Part shown: positions 42,901-55,136 of the stretch, one piece after another
Position numbering within the stretch: position 1 is the first letter of the stretch
How the letters are laid out: every line of letters starts with the position of its first letter
From: Macrostomum lignano
Lineage: Eukaryota
Direction: 5' to 3'
NCBI GenBank assembly: GCA_002269645.1
Contig: NIVC01001273.1
Span: forward strand, 1 to 55,136
DNA length: 55,136 nt
Notes under the pieces: generated by a model
Told to the model about the DNA's origin: nothing
Database searches by the model: none
What the model saw: the letters and a program-made list of their open reading frames with translations, nothing else
Program-made: the position numbers and the translations under genes

Positions 42901-45900
42901 AGCTAGAGACATGATTCTTTCTAGGGAAGATAGGGACTGACACGCTCTAATGATCTGTAGAATCTCATATCTGAGTCTTCTAATACAGCTTGGCAATTGC
43001 TGATTGATTTTCGCGAATTTCACCATTTGAATGCATTGCAATTTTCTGGAATCGCCGTTTTTGAATGAATATCTGGAAGCAGATTAAGCTAGAGACACGA
43101 TTCTTTCTGGGGAAGACAGGGACTGACACGCTCTAATGATCTGTAGAATCTCATATCTGAGTCTTCTAATACAGCTTGGCAATTTGTGATTGATTTTCCT
43201 GGATTTCCCTTATTTAAATACATAGAAATTTTCCGGAATCTCCGCCTTCGAATATCTGGAAAGCAGATTAAGCTAGAGACATGATTCTTTCTAGGGAAGA
43301 TAGGGACTGACACGCTCTAATGATCTGTAGAATCTCATATCTGAGTCTTCTAATACAGCTTGGCAATTGCTGATTGATTTTCGCGAATTTCACATTTGAA
43401 TGCATTGCAATTTTCTGGAATCGCCATTTTTGAATGAATATCTGGAAGCAGATTAAGCTAGAGACACGATTCTTTCTGGGAAGACAGGGACTGACACGCT
43501 CTAATGATCTGTAGAATCTCATATCTGAGTCTTCTAATACAGCTTGGCAATTTGTGATTGATTTTCCTGGATTTCCCTTATTTAAATAGATAGAAATTTT
43601 CCGGAATCTCCGCCTTCGAATATCTGGAAAGCAGATTAAGCTAGAGACACGATTCTTTCTAGGGAAGACAGGGACTGACACGCTCTAATGATCTGTAGAA
43701 TCTCATATCTGAGTCTTCTAATACAGCTTGGCAATTTGTGATTGATTTTCCTGGATTTCCCTTATTTAAATACATAGAAATTTTCCGGAATCTCCGCCTT
43801 CGAATATCTGGAAAGCAGATTAAGCTAGAGACACGATTCTTTCTAGGGAAGACAGGGACTGACACGCTCTAATGATCTGTAGAATCTCATATCTGAGTCT
43901 TCTAATACAGCTTGGCAATTGCTGATTGATTTTCGCGAATTTCACCATTTGAATGCATTGCAATTTTCTGGAATCGCCGTTTTTGAATGAATATCTGGAA
44001 AGCAGATTAAGCTAGAGACACGATTCTTTCTGGAAAGACAGGGACTGACACGCTCTAATGATCTGTAGAATCTCATATCTGAGTCTTCTAATACAGCTTG
44101 GCAATTTGCTGATTGATTTTCCTGGATTTCCCTTATTTAAAACATAGAAATTTTCCGGAATCTCCGCCTTCGAATATCTGGAAAGCAGATTAAGCTAGAG
44201 ACACGATTCTTTCTAGGGAAGACAGGGACTGACACGCTCTAATGATCTGTAGAATCTCATATCTGAGTCTTCTAATACAGCTTGGCAATTGCTGATTGAT
44301 TTTCGCGATTTCACCATTTGAATACATTGCAATTTTCTGGAATCGCCTTGAATGAATATCTGGAAAGCAGATTAAGCTAGAGACACGATTCTTTCTGGGA
44401 AGACAGGGACTGACACGCTCTAATGATCTGTAGAATCTCATATTTGAGTCTTCTAATACAGCTTGGCAATTGCTGATTGATTTTCCTGGATTTCCCTTAT
44501 TTAAATACAGAAATTTTCCGGAATCTCCGCCTTCGAATATCTGGAAAGCAGATTAAGCTAGAGACACGATTCTTTCTAGGGAAGATAGGGACTGACACGC
44601 TCTAATGATCTGTAGAATCTCATATCTGAGTCTTCTAATACAGCTTGGCAATTGCTGATTGATTTTCGCGAATTTCACCATTTGAATGCATTGCAATTTT
44701 CTGGAATCGCCATTTTTGAATGAATATCTGGAAGCAGATTAAGCTAGAGACACGATTCTTTCTAGGGAAGATAGGGACTGACACGCTCTAATGATCTGTA
44801 GAATCTCATATCTGAGTCTTCTAATACAGCTTGGCAATTGTGATTGATTTTCCTGGATTTCCCTTATTTAAATACATAGAAATTTTCCGGAATCTCCGCC
44901 TTCGAATATCTGGAAAGCAGATTAAGCTAGAGACACGATTCTTTCTAGGGAAGACAGGGACTGACACGCTCTAATGATCTGTAGAATCTCATATCTGAGT
45001 CTTCTAATACAGCTTGGCAATTGCTGATTGATTTTCGCGAATTTACCATTTGAATGCATTGCAATTTTCTGGAATCGCCGTTTTTGATGAATATCTGGAA
45101 AGCAGATTAAGCTAGAGACACGATTCTTTCTGGGGAAGACAGGGACTGACACGCTCTAATGATCTGTAGAATCTCATATCTGAGTCTTCTAATACAGCTT
45201 GGCAATTGCTGATTGATTTTCGCGAATTTCACCATTTGAATGCATTGCAATTTTCTGGAATCGCCTTTTGATGAATATCTGGAAAGCAGATTAAGCTAGA
45301 GACACGATTCTTTCTGGGGAAGACAGGGACTGACACGCTCTAATGATCTGTAGAATCTCATATCTGAGTCTTCTAATACAGCTTGGCAATTTGTGATTGA
45401 TTTTCCTGGATTTCCCTTATTTAAATACATAGAAATTTTCCGGAATCTCCGCCTTCGAATATCTGGAAAGCAGATTAAGCTAGAGACACGATTCTTTCTG
45501 GGGAAGACAGGGACTGACACGCTCTAATGATCTGTAGAATCTCATATCTGAGTCTTCTAATACAGCTTGGCAATTTGTGATTGATTTTCGCGAATTTCAC
45601 CATTTGAATGCATTGCAATTTTCTGGAATCGCCATTTTTGAATGAATATCTGGAAAGCAGATTAAGCTAGAGACACGATTCTTTCTGGGGAAGACAGGGA
45701 CTGACACGCTCTAATGATCTGTAGAATCTCATATCTGAGTCTTCTAATACAGCTTGGCAATTGTGATTGATTTTCCTGGATTTCCCTTATTTAAATACAT
45801 AGAAATTTTCCGGAATCTCCGCCTTCGAATATCTGGAAAGCAGATTAAGCTAGAGACACGATTCTTTCTAGGGAAGACAGGGACTGACACGCTCTAATGA

Positions 45901-48778
45901 TCTGTAGAATCTCATATCTGAGTCTTCTAATACAGCTTGGCAATTGCTGATTGATTTTCGCGAATTTCACCATTTGAATGCATTGCAATTTTCTGGAATC
46001 GCCGTTTTTGAATGAATATCTGGAAAGCAGATTAAGCTAGAGACACGATTCTTTCTGGGGAAGACAGGGACTGACACGCTCTAATGATCTGTAGAATCTC
46101 ATATCTGAGTCTTCTAATACAGCTTGGCAATTGCTGATTGATTTTCCTGGATTTCCCATTTAAATACATAGAAATTTTCCGGAATCTCCGCCTTCGAATA
46201 TCTGGAAAGCAGATTAAGCTAGAGACACGATTCTTTCTAGGGAAGACAGGGACTGACACGCTCTAATGATCTGTAGAATCTCATATCTGAGTCTTCTAAT
46301 ACAGCTTGGCAATTGCTGATTGATTTTCGCGAATTTCACCATTTGAATGCATTGCAATTTTCTGGAATCGCCGTTTTTGAATGAATATCTGGAAGCAGAT
46401 TAAGCTAGAGACACGATTCTTTCTGGGGAAGACAGGGACTGACACGCTCTAATGATCTGTAGAATCTCATATCTGAGTCTTCTAATACAGCTTGGCAATT
46501 GCTGATTGATTTTCCTGGATTTCCCTTATTTAAATACAGAAATTTTCCGGAATCTCCGCCTTCGAATATCTGGAAAGCAGATTAAGCTAGAGACATGATT
46601 CTTTCTAGGGAAGATAGGGACTGACACGCTCTAATGATCTGTAGAATCTCATATCTGAGTCTTCTAATACAGCTTGGCAATTGCTGATTGATTTTCGCGA
46701 ATTTCACCATTTGAATGCATTGCAATTTTCTGGAATCGCCATTTTTGAATGAATATCTGGAAGCAGATTAAGCTAGAGACACGATTCTTTCTAGGGAAGA
46801 CAGGGACTGACACGCTCTAATGATCTGTAGAATCTCATATCTGAGTCTTCTAATACAGCTTGGCAATTTGCTGATTGATTTTCCTGGATTTCCCTTATTT
46901 AAATACATAGAAATTTTCCGGAATCTCCGCCTTCGAATATCTGGAAAGCAGATTAAGCTAGAGACACGATTCTTTCTAGGGAAGACAGGGACTGACACGC
47001 TCTAATGATCTGTAGAATCTCATATCTGAGTCTTCTAATACAGCTTGGCAATTGCTGATTGATTTTCGCGAATTTAACCATTTGAATGCATTGCAATTTT
47101 CTGGAATCGCCTTGAATATCTGGAAAGCAGATTAAGCTAGAGACACGATTCTTTCTGGGGAAGACAGGGACTGACACGCTCTAATGATCTGTAGAATCTC
47201 ATATCTGAGTCTTCTAATACAGCTTGGCAATTGCTGATTGATTTTCGCGAATTTCACCATTTGAATGCATTGCAATTTTCTGGAATCGCCGTTTTTGATG
47301 AATATCTGGAAAGCAGATTAAGCTAGAGACACGATTCTTTCTGGGGAAGACAGGGACTGACACGCTCTAATGATCTGTAGAATCTCATATCTGAGTCTTC
47401 TAATACAGCTTGGCAATTTGTGATTGATTTTCCTGGATTTCCCTTATTTAAATACATAGAAATTTTCCGGAATCTCCGCCTTCGAATATCTGGAAAGCAG
47501 ATTAAGCTAGAGACACGATTCTTTCTGGGGAAGATAGGGACTGACACGCTCTAATGATCTGTAGAATCTCATATCTGAGTCTTCTAATACAGCTTGGCAA
47601 TTTGTGATTGATTTTCGCGAATTTCACCATTTGAATGCATTGCAATTTTCTGGAATCGCCATTTTTGAATGAATATCTGGAAAGCAGATTAAGCTAGAGA
47701 CACGATTCTTTCTGGGAAGACAGGGACTGACACGCTCTAATGATCTGTAGAATCTCATATCTGAGTCTTCTAATACAGCTTGGCAATTGTGATTGATTTT
47801 CCTGGATTTCCCTTATTTAAATACATAGAAATTTTCCGGAATCTCGCCTTCGAATATCTGGAAAGCAGATTAAGCTAGAGACACGATTCTTTCTAGGGAA
47901 GATAGGGACTGACACGCTCTAATGATCTGTAGAATCTCATATCTAAGTCTTCTAATACAGCTTGGCAATTTGTGATTGATTTTCCTGGATTTCCCTTATT
48001 TAAATACAGAAATTTTCCGGAATCTCCGCCTTCGAATATCTGGAAAGCAGATTAAGCTAGAGACACGATTCTTTCTAGGGAAGACAGGGACTGACACGCT
48101 CTAATGATCTGTAGAATCTCATATCTGAGTCTTCTAATACAGCTTGGCAATTGCTGATTGATTTTCGCGAATTTAACCATTTGAATGCATTGCAATTTTC
48201 TGGAATCGCCGTTTTTGAGTGGATATCTGGAAAGCAGATTAAGCTAGAGACACGATTCTTTCTGGGGAAGACAGGGACTGACACGCTCTAATGATCTGTA
48301 GAATTTCATATTTGAGTCTACTAATACAGCTTGGCAATTTCTGATTGTTCTTACTGGATTTCCCATTTAAGAATTGATGACGACACTCATAAAGCAGAAA
48401 TTTAAAAAATCATCAAAGTTTCATTTCGTAGTTACCTACTTTCAGTAGCATTTATTGAAAAATTCTTGGCTGAAAGATTCTGAAAAAGCTACTTTTTTGC
48501 CGAGAATGATTTTGATAACATACGAGCGTATTATTTCTTGAAATGAGGTTATAGACTTGAAAATTGTTCAACAAATAAAAATGGAGATCCAGGAACATAA
48601 AATTACTAATAATAGACCCTAGACTTATGAAAAGCGTGTTTTTTTACACAGTGCCCCCCACTCTGCGCCCTCTCGATAGTAAGTAGTACAGTGAAAATTG
48701 TGAAAAACTCGGCGTCGAAATTTCGATGTTCTGGCGCCCAGCGCCATCTGTTGGACCGGGCGCCAGTGCACCACTGGG
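39925..48778 (+). repeat. Right-arm macro-unit copy 2 (8854 bp)
   Basis: Head-to-tail junction CTGGG|TATTCATCC. Confidence 0.95.
42214..48368. repeat. ~184-bp satellite array 2 (~33 monomers)
   Basis: Same monomer. Confidence 0.97.
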
Positions 48779-51700
48779 TATTCATCCTGTGTGAGCATTT
48801 TTGTAAGAATTAGCTGGTAAAATAAACTGAGTCTTGCTTTCAATTCCTTGCAATCAATATACATGTACCTATATTTGAAAATGAGGAACCTAATACTTGT
48901 GTTGCTTTATTATTGTCAGATTATAGTTTTTAGTATATACATGTTAGGACATAGATAACTTTAATGGAGACTCAGATATGAGATTCTAACCGATTATTAG
49001 AGCGTGCCAGTCGGTGTCACCCACAAAAAGAATGTCTCTATCTCAATCAGCTTTCGACTTCGAGATTTTTGAAGGGCGCTTATGCTTTCGCAGTTTTTGT
49101 ACAGATGTTAAGAAACGGCGAATGCAACTGCTTGTTATTCTGAGTCTGTTTGAAATATCTGATACCATTTATTTTTCGTAACTTGTGATACGGTATACAT
49201 GTATATAATTAAGCCAATATATACCAAAGCTCTATACGAAAGAACAAAGCAAACCAAACAAAGATTTCCTAGCTCTGCTTCTCCCCTCTTCCCCTTAAGA
49301 GTGGTGTGCCACGATTTGCATGGATTTGGCCTTAAAAAATCGGGATACCGAACCGAAGCAACTGAAGCAGAAATTCGTTTCTGCGTTGTGCCTCTAACGG
49401 GCGACAGTGATTAGATTCAAACGGATTTGTTATTAGCTCGACTCGTATATAGCCTAAAGTTTATGTCAAGATTTCTAGATTGTATATTGGTATTAATTGA
49501 AACGTATATCGTTTCCCACAGCTGTTTTGGAATCATCAATCAGCTGCTTTGATTTCTCGACTCCGCCCGAATGCATTTGCCGAAAAAACTACTAGCTTAT
49601 GCGACTGTGAACTGGCATCATCGATACACAAAGAGACTGAAACCTCGAGAACGCTAGCTATAAGTCCGTTTTTTGTTCTGCCTTGCTTTCTTGGTTCTGC
49701 TTTGTTGAAGGCCTTCCTAATGTATCAAAACCAAGATTTATATCTGTTTAGCTGCATAGCTAACAAAAATCGTGGAAACCCATTCTATTCATGGTCTGAG
49801 AACCCTGATCATGCATGGACGACTATATATAAGCACCCGGACAGGAAACGGAAAATACATTATTTTTTTCTGTACAACATGGGCAAAGTTCCTTTCTGAG
49901 GAAGAGAGGAGTGGGGCCCTTCTCCGCAACACTCTTTCCCTCACGGCATCCCAAACAAGCAAACGCGTACATATCGCGTTCCAGCCTGAAGCCAAAGTGA
50001 GCAAGTGCATGAAAAGACAGTGACACAGACTGTGGGGTTGTACATTGACAAGTGGTTTGAATAAGGATAACTGTTGCCTTTTCTCCTCGATTGCACTATA
50101 ATTTAGTGACTCTAAAACGTTATTTATCTGCATTTTTTCACCAACTGTTTGCTGATTATTTTAAATTGCCAATCCTGCATAAATAAACAGTGCCGAATTC
50201 TGAAATAGTAGTTATTGGCATTGGCATGTCATCAATAAATGAGATTCTGTCTTGCGCTCAAAACTTATTTTCCATGATTGATTCTTTTGGTGGCTGAGGA
50301 ACGGACTGGCTGGGGGAAGAAAGAATGCCCTCATCTTGTACAGGCGGCAATTTCGCTTTCAGTCCAGTAGAATCTAGGAGTCCATGGATCGTGCCTGGAT
50401 CAAACAAAGAGGCTGGAAAAAAACTTTTTTCTTATCGGGGGAGTATCGGACGAGACAGTAGGAACCTGGTGGCGTGGCAAAAAAGATGTCGGAAGGAGAA
50501 GCTCGAGAGGCTAATAAATTAGATTTTTGCTTCTAAATGGAAGAAGCAAAAGAGATAAAGGGTTCCGAATGCCGTGGGTATCCTCATGCCCATTTCCAAA
50601 CATATACAATATAGACAGGTAAAGTGAAGTAAAAAGCCTCTAGGACCATAAAAATGGTTTATCTCACCGCTCGATCGATACAGAGCGGGTCTCTTTCTTG
50701 GACAGAGCATATGTCCAACAGATACGGCTCTGTTGGACCAATGCTATACTTTTTGCGGCCTCAGTCATACATATCGGGGGGAAGAACCTTCTGTGTTGAT
50801 TTTTCGTCCCGGCAAGCCTCGAGATTTGGTCTGTGACTCGAAGAATAAGAACAAAGAGGTTCGGTTGTCTCCAGAGCGGCCAGATGTGGGTCTGCGATCT
50901 GTGAAGCATCTGCATTTGGCCCCCTGTCTTTAGCAAACTCAGCATTGCTTTTCCTGTGCCTGGTCCCCTGGGTCCAGGAAACTGCTTTCTCCTGGTCAAG
51001 GAAGCTGTATTAGTAGACCCAAACATGAAACTCCACAGATCACTAGAGCGTATCAGTCGGTGTCATCTGTAGAATTTCATATTTGACTCTAGTAAAACAG
51101 CTTGGCAATTGCTGATTGATTATCCTGGATTTCCCGTATTTTAATGCATAGAAAATTTTCCGGAATCGCCGCCTTGGAATATCTAGAAAGCAGATTAAGC
51201 TAGAGACACGATTCTTTCTAGGGAAGATAGGGACTGACACGCTCTAATGATCTGTAGAATCTCATATTTGAGTCTTCTAATACAGCTTGGCAATTGCTGA
51301 TTGATTTTCGCGAATTTCACCATTTGAATGCATTGCAATTTTCTGGAATCGCCGTTTTTGAGTGAATATCTGGAAAGTAGATTAAGCTAGAGACACGATT
51401 CTTTCTGGGGAAGACAGGGACTGACACGCTCTAATGATCTGTAGAATCTCATATCTGAGTCTTCTAATACAGCTTGGCAATTTGTGATTGATTTTCCTGG
51501 ATTTCCCTTATTTAAATACATAGAAATTTTCCGGAATCTCCGCCTTCGAATATCTGGAAAGCAGATTAAGCTAGAGACATGATTCTTTCTAGGGAAGATA
51601 GGGACTGACACGCTCTAATGATCTGTAGAATCTCATATTTGAGTCTTCTAATACAGCTTGGCAATTGCTGATTGATTTTCCTGGATTTCCCTTATTTAAA

Positions 51701-54504
51701 TACATAGAAATTTTCCGGAATCTCCGCCTTCGAATATCTGGAAAGCAGATTAAGCTAGAGACATGATTCTTTCTAGGGAAGATAGGGACTGACACGCTCT
51801 AATGATCTGTAGAATCTCATATCTGAGTCTTCTAATACAGCTTGGCAATTGCTGATTGATTTTCGCGAATTTCACCATTTGAATGCATTGCAATTTTCTG
51901 GAATCGCCGTTTTGAATGAATATCTGGAAGGCAGATTAAGCTAGAGACACGATTCTTTCTGGGGAAGACAGGGACTGACACGCTCTAATGATCTGTAGAA
52001 TCTCATATCTGAGTCTTCTAATAGCTTGGCAATGATTGATTTTCCTGGATTTCCCTTATTTAAATACATAGAAATTTTCCGGAATCTCCGCCTTCGAATA
52101 TCTGGAAAGCAGATTAAGCTAGAGACATGATTCTTTCTAGGGAAGATAGGGACTGACACGCTCTAATGATCTGTAGAATCTCATATCTGAGTCTTCTAAT
52201 ACAGCTTGGCAATTGCTGATTGATTTTCGCGAATTTCACTATTTGAATGCATTGCAATTTTCTGGAATCGCCATTTTTGAATGAATATCTGGAAGGCAGA
52301 TTAAGCTAGAGACACGATTCTTTCTGGGAAGACAGGGACTGACACGCTCTAATGATGATCTGTAGAATCTCATATCTGAGTCTTCTAATACAGCTTGGCA
52401 ATTTGTGATTGATTTTCCTGGATTTCCCTTATTTAAATAGATAGAAATTTTCCGGAATCTCCGCCTTCGAATATCTGGAAAGCAGATTAAGCTAGAGACA
52501 CGATTCTTTCTAGGGAAGACAGGGACTGACACGCTCTAATGATCTGTAGAATCTCATATCTGAGTCTTCTAATACAGCTTGGCAATTTGTGATTGATTTT
52601 CCTGGATTTCCCTTATTTAAATACATAGAAATTTTCCGGAATCTCCGCCTTCGAATATCTGGAAAGCAGATTAAGCTAGAGACACGATTCTTTCTAGGGA
52701 AGACAGGGACTGACACGCTCTAATGATCTGTAGAATCTCATATCTGAGTCTTCTAATACAGCTTAGCAATTGCTGATTGATTTTCGCGAATTTCACCATT
52801 TGAATGCATTGCAATTTTCTGGAATCGCCGTTTTTGAATGAATATCTGGAAAGCAGATTAAGCTAGAGACACGATTCTTTCTGGGGAAGACAGGGACTGA
52901 CACGCTCTAATGATCTGTAGAATCTCATATTTGAGTCTTCTAAACAGCTTGGCAATTTGTGATTGATTTTCCTGGATTTCCCTTATTTAAATACATAGAA
53001 ATTTTCGGAATCTCCGCCTTCGAATATCTGGAAAGCAGATTAAGCTAGAGACACGATTCTTTCTAGGGAAGACAGGGACTGACACGCTCTAATGATCTGT
53101 AGAATCTCATATCTGAGTCTTCTAATACAGCTTGGCAATTGCTGATTGATTTTCGCGAATTTCACCATTTGAATGCATTGCAATTTTCTGGAATCGCCGT
53201 TTTTGAATGAATATCTGGAAGGCAGATTAAGCTAGAGACACGATTCTTTCTGGGGAAGACAGGGACTGACACGCTCTAATGATCTGTAGAATCTCATATC
53301 TGAGTCTTCTAATACAGCTTGGCAATTTGTGATTGATTTTCCTGGATTTCCCTTATTTAAATACAGAAATTTTCCGGAATCTCCGCCTTCGAATATCTGG
53401 AAAGCAGATTAAGCTAGAGACATGATTCTTTCTAGGGAAGATAGGGACTGACACGCTCTAATGATCTGTAGAATCTCATATCTGAGTCTTCTAATACAGC
53501 TTGGCAATTGCTGATTGATTTTCGCGAATTTCACCATTTGAATGCATTGCAATTTTCTGGAATCGCCATTTTTGAATGAATATCTGGAAGGCAGATTAAG
53601 CTAGAGACACGATTCTTTCTAGGGAAGATAGGGACTGACACGCTCTAATGATCTGTAGAATCTCATATCTGAGTCTTCTAATACAGCTTGGCAATTTGTG
53701 ATTGATTTTCCTGGATTTCCCTTATTTAAATACATAGAAATTTTCCGGAATCTCCGCCTTCGAATATCTGGAAAGCAGATTAAGCTAGAGACACGATTCT
53801 TTCTAGGGAAGACAGGGACTGACACGCTCTAATGATCTGTAGAATCTCATATCTGAGTCTTCTAATACAGCTTGGCAATTGCTGATTGATTTTCGCGAAT
53901 TTAACCATTTGAATGCATTGCAATTTTCTGGAATCGCCGTTTTTGAGTGGATATCTGGAAAGCAGATTAAGCTAGAGACACGATTCTTTCTGGGGAAGAC
54001 AGGGACTGACACGCTCTAATGATCTGTAGAATTTCATATTTGAGTCTACTAATACAGCTTGGCAATTTCTGATTGTTCTTACTGATTTCCCATTTAAGAA
54101 TTGATGACGACACTCATAAAGCAGAAATTTAAAAAATCATCAAAGTTTCATTTCGTAGTTACCTACTTTCAGTAGCATTTATTGAAAAATTCTTGGCTGA
54201 AAGATTCTGAAAAAGCTACTTTTTTGCCGAGAATGATTTTGATAACATACGAGCGTATTATTTCTTGAAATGAGGTTATAGACTTGAAAATTGTTCAACA
54301 AATAAAAATGGAGATCCAGGAACATAAAATTACTAATAATAGACCCTAGACTTATGAAAAGCGTGTTTTTTTACACAGTGCCCCCCACTCTGCGCCCTCT
54401 CGATAGTAAGTAGTACAGTGAAAATTGTGAAAAACTCGGCGTCGAAATTTCGATGTTCTGGCGCCCGCGCGATCTGTTGGACCGCCAGCGCCAGTGCCAC
54501 TGGG
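48779..54504 (+). repeat. Right-arm macro-unit copy 3 (5726 bp, shorter array)
   Basis: Same junction; ends CTGGG|AG, then unique sequence. Confidence 0.95.
51065..54095. repeat. ~184-bp satellite array 3 (~16 monomers)
   Basis: Same monomer. Confidence 0.97.
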
Positions 54505-55136
54505 AGCTGATAAATAAAGCCGCTACAACTAAGTTCGAATTAAAATCCATTTTTTTACTATTAGAAAGCCGTTAAAAGTTTTTATGACCAACTTTTTTTT
54601 AAGCTGAGAAGTGCATCTATAGTGAGACTCTGGCGGTTTTTACTTGTCTTTGAATTTGGTAATTGACGGCTTCAGTAAATAAATTTGACTCATGCATAAT
54701 TTTAGCGAGCAGCGATAAGCATGCAACCGTTAAGGGAATGGTCTGGGAGATACAATTGAAGAATAATCTTGTCTAAAGACTCTCAATGTGTAAATTAGCA
54801 AGTGTTTTTACAGTACGCTCGTACGGCACTTTCTTAAAAAGCACACAGTAAAGCAAATACAAAAGTACGGGCGCAAATTTTAGGCCGAAGCAGTTAACTA
54901 TCACTAGTAGTATCTATATAGTATCTGTGATTATATGCAATTATTATTATTAAATACTTTTATTAATACAATAATAAATATATCCCGACTGTAAAAATTT
55001 TAAAACAATTGAATATCGACATCGTAAAAACTTAGTTAAAACGATGTGGCCGTTTAAATACGAAGGGGCTAAATAGATACTAACTCGTCTGTCTTAAAAC
55101 GGAAGGCGTTTAAAAGACGATAGAAAGCGATATTAC

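Larger units (their letters stand above)
22907..54504. mobile_element. Giant CMC/EnSpm(CACTA)-like DNA transposon with a triplicated, satellite-bearing right arm
   Basis: Left end AG|CCCAGTGGAGCA at 22907; right ends TGCACCACTGGG at 39924 and 48778, and GCCACTGGG|AG at 54504; 2-bp AG duplication; CGCCC-rich subterminal motifs; internal EnSpm-type transposase and DUF4806-like gene. Confidence 0.72.

Noticed and set aside
33199-54095. CRISPR-like or protein-coding interpretation of the 184-bp arrays (many MSVPVFPRKNRVSS... ORFs)
   Set aside because: Monomers are contiguous with no unique spacers, no cas genes are present, the context is eukaryotic, and the ORFs break at frequent indels in every frame.

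Overview
AT-rich invertebrate metazoan genomic DNA with GT-AG introns. 1-22.1 kb (+): a 5'-truncated multi-exon Slo2/KCNT-family K+ channel gene. I can assemble about 1,100 codons with all exon phases consistent through to the stop at 22097. It has a candidate pair of mutually exclusive exons for the S1-S2 loop, and its introns carry micro/minisatellites and MITE, SINE and LINE remnants. 22907-54504: what appears to be one giant (~31.6 kb) CMC/EnSpm(CACTA)-like DNA transposon, bounded by CCCAGTGG inverted termini and a 2-bp AG target duplication. It carries an intact 653-aa DDE transposase, head-to-head with a 5-exon DUF4806-like gene containing an (EAKAAA)x21 helical repeat, and a nested hAT MITE. 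Its right arm is repeated head-to-tail three times, each copy ending exactly at the terminal repeat and holding a ~184-bp two-variant satellite array. All family assignments come from motif recognition by eye; no database searches were run.
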